Positions 1 to 11,211 of a stretch of DNA of 64,000 bases are shown piece after piece. The translations under genes were made by a program, and so were the position numbers. Source of the stretch: Chiloscyllium plagiosum (lineage: Eukaryota); NCBI RefSeq assembly GCF_004010195.1, contig NC_057720.1, positions 25,437,611 through 25,501,610 on the forward strand, written 5' to 3'. The notes below the pieces were generated by a model. That model had not been told where the DNA came from. It searched no databases and saw only the letters and a program-made list of their open reading frames with translations. Each line of letters opens with the position of its first letter. The first letter of the stretch is position 1.

Positions 1-420
1 ACTGTGCAAGACAGAGAGGGAGTGAGAGAGAGAGAGAGTGTGTGTGTGTGTGTGAGAGAGAGAGTGTGTGGCAGACTGTGTGAGAGAGAGAGAGAGGACG
101 GGAGAGAGAGTGAATGAGAGAGAGAGAGAGTGTGTGAGAGGCTGTGAGAATGTGTGAGACTGCGAGAGAATGTGAGACTGTGTGCGGGAGAGAGAGAGAG
201 TACGTGTGTGTGTGTGCAATCTAACACATGCCTTTGACATTATCCAGCTTTCAGTCTGTAATCATTAACTCCCTAAGAAACAGAGAGCACAGCAGGGAGA
301 GAGAGAGACAGACAGACAGACAGCGAGCATAGCACGGAGAGAGAGAGAGAGACAGGGAGCACAAGAGGGGAAAAGTCCGAAAATATGTTTAGAATAAAGA
401 AGTGATAGAGGGAGAGAGAG
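1..420. repeat. Compound (GA)n/(GT)n microsatellite region
   Basis: Runs of GAGAGA, GTGTGT and GACA visible at 1-217 and 290-420. Confidence 0.95.
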
Positions 421-889
421 ATAGCAATGTGAGAACAAGTCAACAAGAATTCAGCAATTATTTAGGTCAAAGGACAGCAGGTAGATGTCTTTGGGTGTTT
501 TTGCTGTAGTGTGTATAAAGGGTGTCCCTGCCATTCTTCTGATCCTCTGCAGTTGTTTAAAATAGGACCAGCATGTTCTTGGAAATTATGAGGTTCTATA
601 TTAAATTTATGGTTTAACCTGGCTGAAGGAATTGATGAAACTAGAAATAAAACACTCCGGTTAACTCGCTATAAAAATGCGATTTCAGCACAAGGGATGA
701 AACTGGTGTGTCTGTACTTTTCAAGTCTCAGGTTTACTCCAGCTAAGTCAGCTCACAGCCTAATAAACAGAGGCTTCTCTGTCCCATGGAGGACACATCA
801 CCTTCCCTAGGCAGCCTTGATAACTGACATTTCAGCTGAAGCAGCTCATGCTCATAGGGTGGCCAATGCTGAGAATTTCTCTTCAGCAA

Positions 890-1966
890 CACCTGAACAC
901 TTGCATCCTGCAAGGCTATGTACTCAACCCATTACTTTACTCCCTGTACACTCATTACTGTGTGGCCAAATTTCATCCTAGTTCCGTCTACAAGTTCACA
1001 AACAACACCACTGTTGTAGGCCGGATCTCAAACAATGATGAGAGAGAATACAGGAAAGAGACAGAGTGCTTAGTACCACAGTATAAAGATAACAATCTTA
1101 CCCTCAACATCATCAAAACAAAAGAGCTGGTCACTGACTTCAGGAAGTAGAGTGGAGGGCACGCCTTGATCTACATCAGTGGAGCTGAGGTAGAGATGGT
1201 CGACAGCAACAAGTTCCTAGGAGTGTTGACCACCTGCAATCTGTCTTGTCCACCTACTTTGATGTGACACTCAAGAAAGCACAACAACACTTCTTCCTCC
1301 TCAGGAGGCTAAGTAAATCGGGCATATCCTTAAAGACTTTTTCCCATTTTTATAGATGCAAGCATTCTATCTGGATGCATCGTGGCTTGGTATGGCGACC
1401 GCTGTGCCCAGGACCGTAAGAAACAAAACAGAGTTGAGAACACGGTTTTCTGTCTCACAAGCCAACCTCCCATCCATGGACTCCATCTATACTTCTCACT
1501 GCCTCAGGAAGGCAGCCAACATAATCAAAGATCCCTCCCACCCCAGTTATAATCTCTTCCAAGTTCTTCCGTCAAGCAGAAGATACAAAAGCTTGAACAC
1601 ACGTACCAACAGATTTAGAGCATAGAACATTACAGCACAGTACAGGCCCTTCAGCCCTCGATGTTACGCCAACCTGTGAAACAAATCTAAAGCCCATCTA
1701 ACCTACACTGTTTCATTTTCACCTATATGTTTATCCAGTAAGAACAGCTTCTTCCCTGCTGTTATTAGACACATGAATAGACCTCTCAAATTTTAATTTT
1801 AATGTTGAACTTGCTCTTTGTACACCCTGTCTGCAGCTGTAACATTGTATTCCTTGCTCCGTTCAAATACACTTATGCACTTTGTATGGCCTGATCTGTC
1901 TGTACTGCACACAAAACAAAACTTTTCACTGTACCCAGGTACATTTGACAATAATAAATCAAATCA
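890..1966 (+). mobile_element. Rex1/Babar-type LINE, 5'-truncated, degenerate RT and 3' tail
   Basis: ORF 848-1150 reads QGYVLNPLLYSLYTHYCVAKF..KFTNNTTVVGRISNNDE..YRKE..NNLTLN..KTKELVTDFRK, matching the family pattern QGCVLSPLLYSLYT/KFADDT. Later AANIIKDPSHP; tail TGACAATAATAAATCAAATCA. Confidence 0.85.
1616..1740 (-). mobile_element. CR1 LINE 3' end inserted in the Rex1 element
   Basis: CATAGAACATTACAGCACAGTACAGGCCCTTCAGCCC is the reverse complement of the CR1 tail seen at ~21810-21860. Confidence 0.7.
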
Positions 1967-2214
1967 TATCTCCTCTTTTGCCCTGCCTGTTAAACAGCTT
2001 TTAATTCCTCATCTTTAATGCCTGATCATTGATAAACAGAGCTGAAACAAAAGGGGGTAGATTTTCTCCTGCATTTTACTGACCACAACATCCATTTTAA
2101 TTCTTGGAGATGCCAGGGCAATCCTGGAAGATTGGCATCCTTAGTCTTGGAGTTTGAGTACTAGCAGTTGGCATCACTGTAGAACAACTATGAGGTTAAG
2201 AGTAAAGTACATGC

Positions 2215-2517
2215 CCTGAGATGGAGCAGGAAGCTTAGAAGGAAAATTGGGAAAGCAATAGTGAATGAGGCATCTATAGCTGGGAGAACAGGGAGGTATT
2301 TCTGTGGTTGCAAACCTGAATCCAAGATGATGCGTTTCCTCTCTGGTACGAAGGTCCAAGATGTCACTGAGAGTCTGCAGAGCATCATGAAGGACAAAGA
2401 TGAACAGCAAGAGGGTGTGTTCTGTATTAACATCAATGACACAGGTGGAAAATTAGATATCCTACAGGCAGAATTTAGGGAGCTAAGAAAGAAACCGGAA
2501 ACAAGGATCTTGGAGGT
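2215..2517 (+). mobile_element. CR1 ORF1 (SGNH esterase-like) relic, part 1
   Basis: ORF 2261-2533 ..FCGCKPESKMMRFLSGTKVQDVTESLQSIMK..INDTG..LQAEFREL resembles the CR1 ORF1 pattern GDS..FCG...MVCCLPGARVQDV..HIGTND. Confidence 0.8.
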
Positions 2518-2826
2518 TGTGTTTGTAGGGTAAAGGGTTAAGTACATCTTTACACTAAGATTAGCTCTTATGTGCTCAGTACCTGTGTCACAGTGGCATC
2601 AGATCACATGAAACTGAAGCCTAAGGTAAGGTTCCAGCTGGTTGTTCTCTCTTACCACACTATGGTTATTTATGTTTAATAATACCTGTTAATTTTCACT
2701 TACAAGTGTACATACCTTGTAATACAGTATGGTTGCAGCACTGACCAGACCCACTAAATTAGAGGCAAGTAGGCAATATGGACCTGCAATGAACTCTGGC
2801 AATGTTACAGGTGAACTATAGGAGCT

Positions 2827-3150
2827 CAAAGTTAAAAATCACACAACACCAGGTTATAGTCCAACAGGTTTAATTGGAAGCACACTAGCTTTCAGAGCGA
2901 CGCTCCTTCATCAGGTGGTAGTGGAGGGCTCAATCCTAACACACAGAATTTATAGCAAAAATTTACAGTGTGCTGTAACTGAAATTATACATTGAAAAAT
3001 TGATTGTCAAGCCTTTCATCTGTTAGAATACAGTGATAGTTTCACTTCTTTCATGTGTAAATTACAAAACCATTTTTTTAAAAAGTTGCATTCTCGGGTT
3101 AGCTGTTAACAATGGTGATAGCTAGACAATATGTGGAAGGTGTTGGCTCG
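2827..3150 (-). mobile_element. Penelope-like element (family B) 3' end/pLTR
   Basis: Reverse complement of the 3' end (49920-50248) of the PLE that carries RT and GIY-YIG. Confidence 0.85.
2883..2917 (-). ncRNA. Minimal type-I hammerhead ribozyme motif (family B), intact core
   Basis: Minus strand: CAC CTGATGA A GGAGC GTC GCTCT GAA AGCT A GTG. Confidence 0.75.
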
Positions 3151-3664
3151 GCATTTCGAGCCCCAAAGCTGGGAAATATCTGAAAAAAATCTCCAGTGAT
3201 GACAGGAACCAGTGAGCAACAGAGTTTAAGACTCACCTATACATCAAAATGCAAAGAGAGGAAACCCATGCACAAGCTGGAACAGCACAGGAGACAGCCA
3301 CAGCAGAGATCATGGCAAGCAATAATAAAAAAATCAATTGACCACAGTGCACTGAACCGTTACAGTAAATTAGATGTGCTCACCAGAACAAGCACTCAGA
3401 AATTTCACTGATGGCAAATGCGAAAAGGAACAAGGTGTAGTTGATGCTATTAAAGAACCCCATAAATGGGAACTCAGTCCCTCCAGTTTTACAGTGGGTT
3501 GCAAGCTCCAAGAGAGAGACTGGGTCACAGCTCCAGCAGTAGCATAAAAAAATTAAAGCCAGAGCACGACATTCTGCAGGTGTCTGAGCTGTAAAGGAAA
3601 CAAAGAGGCAGAATGAAGTCTGCCTTGAGCTCCTGGCAGGCTCACTGCAGGATTTTGACTTCCT

Positions 3665-3880
3665 GATTTGATTTGATTTACTATTGTCACATGTATCTAA
3701 GTATAGTGCAAATTTTGTTTTGCATGTAGCACAGACAGGTTATGACATACAAAGACCACAGAATGATTGAACAGAGCAAGGAATTCAAAATTACTACTGC
3801 AAAGAAGGTGTATGAAAGGCAAGATCAACATTAGATTTGAAATTTGAGAGGTACATTCACAAGTCTAAAAACAGCAGGGA
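3665..3880 (-). mobile_element. Rex1-type LINE 3' tail fragment
   Basis: GATTTGATTTGATTTACTATTGTCACATGTA is the reverse complement of the tail type at 1930-1966. Confidence 0.65.
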
Positions 3881-4235
3881 AAAGTTAAAAATCACACAGC
3901 AAGAGGTTATTGTCCAATAGGTTTATATTGAAGCACTAGCTTTTAGAGTGCTGCTCCTTCATCAGGTTGTGAAGCAGGACCATAAGAGACAGAATTTACA
4001 GCAAAAGATTACGGTATCATGTAGCTAGCTTGATAAGTCTTTCATCTTTTAGAATGGGTGGCAGGTTTCAGTTCATTAATATGTCAATTCTAGAACTTCT
4101 TTTAAGTCACATTCTCAAGATAACTTAAGGTTTTGTAACAAAAGGTGACATCCCAGCTCAGACAATGCATTGAAGGTGTGAGGTTAGAGTCTGTTTGTAT
4201 CCCAATCTTGAGTCAGATTGGTTCTATTCCCAAAG
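3881..4235 (-). mobile_element. Penelope-like element (family B) 3' end with degenerate hammerhead (3934-3968)
   Basis: AAAAATCACAC..AGGTTAT..TCCAA..GCTCCTTCATCAGG matches 2827-2917. Confidence 0.8.
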
Positions 4236-4472
4236 TGGTTTCTGATGATGTTGGCTGCAAGATGAATTCTGGCATGCAGGTGGAAAATGATAAAGTAACC
4301 AGGTTTAATTTGTACACAGAGGAAGATGTATTTATTCTTTCAGAAACTCATCATGGTTAAGGCAAAACGTTCTCAGACTACTCTTTAATCAACGTTGGGA
4401 TACAAGATAAATTGAAATCAGATATCTTATACAACAAATATTTTATTATTCAGAGTGAAAGAGCAGAAGCAT

Positions 4473-4725
4473 GCTACAAATGATAGATATTATATAAACT
4501 CTGTATATCATTATTAACCACAGTGAGGTGTTGCGATACATGCAGTGCACCACAAAATCACGCTCTACTATTGACATTCCAGTTCCACCTCTACACAAAG
4601 GCGCTACAAATGATAGATATTATATAAACTCTGTATATCATTATTAACCACAGTGAGGTGTTGCGATACATGCAGTGCACCACAAAATCACTATTGACAC
4701 TCCAGTTCCACCTCTACACAAAGGC
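4473..4725 (+). repeat. Tandem duplication, 130-bp unit x2
   Basis: 4473-4602 repeats at 4603-4725 with one 7-bp indel and one substitution. Confidence 0.95.
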
Positions 4726-5173
4726 GATACAGACACTCCGTTTTTTTCAGTAGAGACATTACAAAAGGTAAGAGGAACTGAGATGAGAGCAGAACTCTGG
4801 GGATAGGGTAATCTGAACAGGCAAGCCATTGAACATGAAATCTGGTAAATGATGTTAAAGTGAAACTCTGAAGTTGTGTCAATCCTACTTTATTGACAAC
4901 ATTAAAATGAAATATTAGGTGAAATAACTTTAAGTAGGGGTTTATTGCAGTGTAAAAGAACTTGGGAGGGGGGATGGTATTGGAGGGGAAATGTTAAATA
5001 TACCTTTACTCCAGTTACTGAGCATGTGCAGAAGGTGCTATGTCAGTAGTTTCAGAGCCTGAGTCCATAAACGTCCAGCTGGATGGCTTCTCCAACCATG
5101 TTTAGTAAATGCTTAGGAGTAATAAAGCCTGTTCATGGTCCCTCACAATAATGTAGACCCCACATTACTACCA

Positions 5174-5950
5174 GTAATCTTTGGATTACTGCCAGGGTCA
5201 TGTTTGTGAGCACAGATGAATGGATAGCTGGAGAAACTGTGCATGAGGGTTTCTTTTTTTAAGATTCCAGGGATACTGGGGCTGGTTCTGGGGGAGTGTG
5301 GTGATGCAACCCCTTTAACAAGGTTATGTTGTCCTTGGTGTTTTTCAAGCAGGGTTATAAAGGTGGAGGTGCTGATCTGTCTGGAAGTGGCATTTTTCAA
5401 TAATGGCAGGGGAAGGGCCAGTTTTCCCAGTTCAGGGTTTTTTTTTCCAATTTGGTTCAGTTTTGGAAGAGGGTCAGAAAACTGCTAGCAAGAAGAAGCA
5501 GCTCCTGGGAAACAAGGTTCCAAGCTTCAGCAGAGGTTTTGCCTGAACTTTCTCTCTGAAATCTCTCCTGCCTGTAAGAACCTGAGTTTGAATTTACCTT
5601 TTGCCAAGGGGTGTGGTTATGAGATTTTGCAGAGATTGGAACAGCTTCATTCAGTTGCGATATCATGTTGGTTGGGTTTTCAATTACGCTAAGTTATTCT
5701 AAGTTCCGTTTTCTTTTGTTCTTGTTTCATCCATAGTGTTTAAATAAATTCTGTTTTGTTTCAGGCCGAGTAGTTTGACCAGCTGCTTCACTCCTGGAAT
5801 ATCCACTATCCATCTGCCTAGACAACAAATAAAAAGTTAGGGCCTCGGCTACCTCCTTCAAATATTTTGAGGGGGTTTGCCCTGGTCCATAACAGAAGTT
5901 AGGACTGAAATAGATTGGATGTGTTGTACCTGAATAGAGGTTGGGGTGAT
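5174..5950 (+). mobile_element. CR1 ORF1 relic, part 2 (interrupted by a solo LTR)
   Basis: gtaatctttggattactgcca (VIFGLLP), then QMNG.LEKL and GYWGWFWG. Resumes after 5894 with a degenerate DGLHLN-like segment. Confidence 0.65.
5297..5894 (+). mobile_element. Solo LTR
   Basis: TGT...ACA termini, flanks GGAG/GAAG (4-bp TSD, one mismatch), internal AATAAA. Related fragment at 58875-59226. Confidence 0.7.
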
Positions 5951-6082
5951 ACTCAATGGCCTTCCTGAATACCAGGAATGTGAGGTTCATACTGGCTGTC
6001 CAGAACCAGTGTGTGATAACCTTATCACCTCCAACAATTACTGCCCATGAAGTTAAAATCTGGTGAAACCAATGGGGAAACT

Positions 6083-6250
6083 AGGCAGAGGTGGGTATTG
6101 CAGATGCTAGAGATTAGAGTCAAGATTAGAGTGGTGCTGAAAAAACACAGCATGTCAGGCAGCATCCAAGGAGCGGGAAAATTGGCATTGATTTTCCTGG
6201 TTCTCAGATGCTGCCTGACCTGCTGTGCTTTTCCAACACCACTCTAATCC
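6083..6250. mobile_element. Head-to-head inverted pair of PLE family A termini (hammerhead core lost)
   Basis: TTAGAGTGGTGCTG..CAGCATGTCAGGCAGCATC followed by GATGCTGCCTGACCTGCTGTGCTTTTCCAACACCACTCTAA. Confidence 0.8.
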
Positions 6251-7074
6251 CAACAAGGAAACTGTCTACTTCTGTTAACTGTAATTGCTCTGTTGTTGTC
6301 AGCAATTCAATGGTATTCTGTAAATTATTTTCATTCGTATTTATGTAATAGGATGATGATGCATTCTGATACTCACACTGCAATGCCACGTTTGCAAGCA
6401 GCTTCCTTAGCTAATGGATTTACCCTTTGTTCTCTCAATGTGCTCTTTGACAATTGATGACAGAACTCTGAGATCTTCCATTTGATCATTTGCATTTTTA
6501 GGCTAACAGCCACTTTTAATTTTGAACTTGGTCACAAAAATGTCTGGCACAATTTCCAGAAGAACCTTTAGCTGCCATGAATGTGAATAGTTCTTTTTGC
6601 TAACCTGTGTGAGATTGGTGCTTTTTGCAGGGTTGTGTGCCTTAGCTTGAACACTAGTGCATATCAAGAATATGGTGAAGTTCCAGCCAAACCATTTCTT
6701 TCAGCAGCACTAATGATAACTATGTGATTCTCACCCCACCTAAAATAACCAATTTCATTTTTCATTGAAAGAGATGGTATTTGTACACATGCCAGCACAC
6801 GGTTTCCATTGTTAAATAGTATAAATGTTATCAATGTTCCTTTGGTTAGATCTTTTCATTTGATGCAAAGACTTTTATCAACTCTTCCTCCTCAAGGTGC
6901 TCAAGGACGTAAAAATAATGATAGATTGAATTCAGCAGACTATAGTGAGTATCATGTAGCTGGTGTAACCATTGCTTGGGATTATCTTCTTGTTAATATC
7001 TCAAAATGAATTGTTGAAACCTGTTGCCTCCACTATATCATGAAAGAGAATCTGAAGTGCTTAATACTTCAGGA

Positions 7075-7475
7075 CTTATCTTTCCAGTCTTTTTGTATCC
7101 TGCTGAAGGATGACTTCCACATTACTGTTCTCTTTCTTTGTGAAGCCCTTGTTTTCAAATTCCTCCAGGATTATCTCCCTCTTCGTCTGTGATCTTCTCC
7201 AGGTCCACAACATTGAGATATTTTTGCTCCCCTCATTCAGACCTCTGGAGCATTCACAATTGTAATTATTGTGATCAATTAATGAGTGATTTGCTTTCTG
7301 ACCCCAGCTCTGGAATTCATTCCCCACATTTTTCCACTTCTCTCTCTCTCTCTCTCTCCTCTTTTAAGGCATTGCATAAAACCTAGCCCTCTGACAAAAC
7401 CTCCGCTTGTCAGTCCCCTAAAGTTACCTTATGCAACTCTGAACAGCTTACTGTTTGATGAGATTCTGTGATTTG
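7075..7475 (+). mobile_element. L2-type LINE 3' relic
   Basis: Degenerate L2 3' motifs (ttttcaaattcctcca..ctctggaattc..tctcctcttttaaggc..aaaaccta). Confidence 0.5.
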
Positions 7476-7874
7476 GCAGCACTTGCCGAACAATCCTCAA
7501 TTGTGCTAATAATTAAACAAAGAATCAATTGAAGTGAATCAGCCAAACTAATAACATGGCTCATTTACATTTACCAGAAATGCATACATAAGGACTTCTT
7601 ATGTATGCATCCCCCTCCTCCCCCAATCCCCAGGGTCATCCCACTAAACATCCAGAACAGAGCAAGATCCTTCTAATCGATCTGAGGAAGCAGGGAATAC
7701 ACCAATACTTAGTGAGAGAGAGAGGAAGGAAATAGTCTACTGAGGGCAGGTTGATGACATGGGTTTTTTATGTGAACATCAGTTTTCACATAAATGTACA
7801 TGGTGTTAACTTTCACACATGTGTATTTGGGAGTCTCTGTGTAGGGGCAGAATGTACTTTCCCACTGATCAGCG

Positions 7875-8120
7875 TCAGTTCATGGTCACACACGCATGAA
7901 GCTCAATGGATGGAAGTCTGAGCTGACAGCAACCAGCACCAGCTGTAAGCAGGACGGACAATGTGTACACATGACTCTGGGTCCTGCTGACACATTTGTC
8001 CTCCTTATTCAACATCTCTAATGTTGAACTCCCTCTGTGTGCAAGGATATAGTTGTCAAAGAGTTGTCCAGCAGTTGCTGCGTTACGGATGTGCAACATA
8101 CAGAGAGGGTCAATGCTGAA
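7875..8120 (-). mobile_element. Possible PIF/Harbinger transposase relic
   Basis: With frameshifts the minus strand gives CTH...FH(S)IELHA(V)CDHEL, like the HARBI1-type IDCTH..GFHSINVQLVCDH. Confidence 0.35.
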
Positions 8121-8147
8121 AGTTTGTCAGGGATAAGGCTTATACAG

Positions 8148-8462
8148 GGAGATTACCAAGTCTTGTGGTCAAATCACCGGACTATCAATCCAAAGACTCG
8201 AATAATGTTCCAGGGATCCGGGTTCAAATCCTACCATGGCAGATGGTGGAATTTTAATCCAATAAAAATTTGGATTTAAGAGTTTAAAAAGCCCACTGGG
8301 TTCACTTTTGTCCTTTAGGGGAGGAAACTGCCATATTTACCTGGTCTGGATTACATGTGACTCCAAATCCAGAGCAATATGGTTAACTTTTATCTGCCCT
8401 GTAGGTTGGGCAGTAAATACTGGCCTAGGCAACAATGCCCTCATCCCATGAATGAATGAAAA
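8148..8462 (+). mobile_element. tRNA-derived SINE sharing its tail with the CR1/L2-group LINE
   Basis: B-box GGTTCAAATCC at ~8221; tail GGGCAGTAAATACTGGCC..CCCATGAATGAATGAA like 55425-55475. Confidence 0.75.
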
Positions 8463-10284
8463 AGATAAGCCTGCATAAGTTGTGTGCTGCACCTTCCATG
8501 GGCCTGTCACTGATGGGCTCTCCCTTTAAAACCTCTGAGTGGTGAGTGCTGTATGTGTATAGCTGTAACGTAACTTTTTTTTCTTCATTGCTGTATTCTG
8601 TAACTGAGGATTGTACGTAGATATGTTTGTACCTACGATGGTGCTGTAAGTGGCGATGTATGAACTTTTCACTGTGACAATAAAGCTACTTCAATTCAAT
8701 ACAATTCAGCTGCCACTCTCACAGGTTGAGCCACTGACCCCATCCATTCTGAATGTGCTCCTAGCCATTTTCTTCCCTGCTCACAATAGTCATTATGATG
8801 GAAGGTGGTAGTGTGCGTTCCTCCTCCAGTGGCTGAATGTACCAGTGAGCAGCCCAAATATCCATATCCACTTACTTGTCTTAGCCCACCATGTCAACCT
8901 ATTTTCCAAAGTGCCTGCCCATCTTATCTCGATGTGTCTACACCTGCCTACCCTTCCCACCTAGACCCTGGAAATAAAATATACATTGGTAACCCCTTGA
9001 AGCCAAGGTGTTCCTGACTGAAGAGAAATCCCACATCCTCACCCCAGCACGTTATCTCTTTCCCAGCCATGCATTCCCCTCTGCATATCCTGTCCCCCCC
9101 CAACCCCTCCAATTCACAATTGTTAATACCCTTGGCCAGAGCTCGCAGCCCCCTGGTCCTGAAGATGAAATTGATGAGGCTCAGTACTGGGGCCATACAC
9201 ACATTGACCCCTCTCCTCCTACCTGTTCCCACTCCCCTCCTCTCATTTTCTTTGGACAGACCTGACTGACATGACCAGATACCCCCAGGTCAAGTCCCTC
9301 CCAGACCCCTGACTAGTCACTACCATGTGAGCCTTACCCCCTAAACTGGTCACTTTGGAACTCAATTTGAGAGGCAAAGGCCCCCTTCCCAAGATCCTTT
9401 CACCCAGATGCCTGGCCACGGCCAATCCCCTGGAATGGTATGGAAAGCTGCCTTTGACCTATTGGGCTGGAACTCTTGACTGATGGGTGTCTCTGTAGAT
9501 CTTGGTTAGGACTACTTCCCTAGGACTGAGACCCAGCTGCTTATTTACTGCACATGCAGTGTGTTTGCTGAGTACCCTGCTGGCACATGTTGCAGTTGTG
9601 AGATTCATATGTGCACCCCCTAGACTGAGAACTGTCTAACAACAAAGTGAACTAAGGGTCTATGACTGTACTAATTGGAAAGGCAGCATTGCAGATTGGT
9701 GCTAAGTGGGTGAGCACTAAGAAAACAAGTGACCTTTCTGGAGATGCAGCTTAGTCCAGTCTGCGAGCTGGGTATCTGCCACTGTGCACAAACCATTCCT
9801 AATGCAACCTTTCAATACAAATTGCTGCAATGTAAATGTGTGATTCCAGAACATTCTACCAGTCCATAGTTATAGTGCCAGGGTGGTCATGATGGGTTGA
9901 CAGATGCCAGATGCCAGTGCCTGTGGAGGAGGAGTGTATTTGGCTGATGCCCATTGACCGTGCCCAGGACTACAGTTTGTTTGGAGCAGAGGTGAGCTGA
10001 ATCCACCATGTACAGAAAGTATGGTGTGTACATCTTTCCTGATGTAGCTTGTTTGGTGGGTTTAGTAAAATGGAAGTCTGAATATTAATAAGGCACTTTG
10101 TGACATCTCGCCCATAGCCTACATCATTCAAACCCTGATAAGATTCCACCCTCTGTGTCTAAATGTCAAACTGCTGCAGATCCTTGTACAATTTAATGAG
10201 ATCACCTCTTATTATGCTCAACTTCAGAGAGTATGGGCACAATTTACATAGATTCTCATCAACTCTGTTACTTTGATATGATAC

Positions 10285-11045
10285 CTTGGCTAGTGTCTTA
10301 GGCCTAACCATCTTCAGCTCCTTCATCAATGACCTCTCCGTCACAAAGTCAGAAGTGGGGATTCTTTTTTATGACCGCACAATGTTCAGCACCATCTGTG
10401 ACTGCTCAGATACTAAAACAGTCCATATTGAAATGACCTGGACAATGGACTTGAACAAGTGGCATATCATACTTGCGACACAAAAATAACTGAGAATGAT
10501 GACCTTCAGCAAGATAAAATCTAACCATTGTGCCTTGACATTCAATGATATTGCCATCACTGGACCAGCTACATAAACACTATGTATAAAAGATCAAGTC
10601 AGAGCTAGGGATGCTGCACTGAATAACTCATCTCCTCTCTCCCCAAGCTTATCCACCACCTATAAGGCACAAGTCAGCAAAATAATGAAATACTTCCCAT
10701 TTATTGGATGAGTGTAGGTTACACTACAAGAAACCTGACACCATCCAGAACAAAACAGCCCACCTGACTGGCACCATATCCACAAACATTAACTCCCTCC
10801 ACCATTGATGCATGGTAGCACAACATCATGACATGTGACCTTATGGGTGCACTATTACAAGACACAATACAGAAATTCACCAAGACTCCTTTGACAGTAT
10901 CTTCCAAACCTCTGATTACAATCTGGAAGGACAAAAATGACAGATATATGGGGTCACCTGCAAGTTCCTCTCTAAACCATTTCACTGGGAATGATAGCTG
11001 TTCCTCCACTGTTGATGGGTTACAGTCTTGGAATTCCTCAAAACC
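10285..11045 (+). mobile_element. CR1/L2-group LINE RT and 3' relic
   Basis: SVLGLTIFSSFINDLS..SEVGILFYDRTMFSTI, homologous to 53897-54172. Confidence 0.8.
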
Positions 11046-11105
11046 TTGAATGAATTTCTCAAAAACAATCTTCCTTCTGTAAATTGCATTGACTTTGCCT
11101 GATGA

Positions 11106-11211
11106 TTTTCAGAGCGCTGATTACAACACCTGATGAAGGAGCAGCGCTCTGAAAGTTAGTGATTCCAAATAAACCTGTTGGACTATAACCTGGTGTTGTG
11201 TGATTTTTAAC
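11106..11211 (+). mobile_element. Mini PLE family B terminus with a short inverted 5' fragment
   Basis: TTTCAGAGCGCTG (inverted copy of CAGCGCTCTGAAA), then the hammerhead and AAACCTGTTGGACTATAACCTGGTGTTGTGTGATTTTTAAC. Confidence 0.85.
11127..11161 (+). ncRNA. Minimal hammerhead ribozyme motif (family B), intact core
   Basis: CAC CTGATGA A GGAGC AGC GCTCT GAA AGTT A GTG. Confidence 0.7.

Larger units (their letters stand above)
2518..5173 (+). mobile_element. Ancient Gypsy LTR retrotransposon with two diverged LTRs (~2518-2726 and ~4975-5173), heavily deleted
   Basis: The LTRs share colinear blocks (gttaagtacatctttac/gttaaatatacctttac; ttccagctggttg/gtccagctggatg; taataatacctgtt/taataaagcctgtt). 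PBS-like TGGTTGCAGC at 2730; protease-like RFNLYTEEDVFIL at ~4300; PPT GGGAGGGGGGA at 4964-4974. Confidence 0.65.

Noticed and set aside
8710..10100. GC-richer block possibly from Harbinger or other DNA transposons (also ~38560-39400)
   Set aside because: Too degenerate to support a specific call by eye
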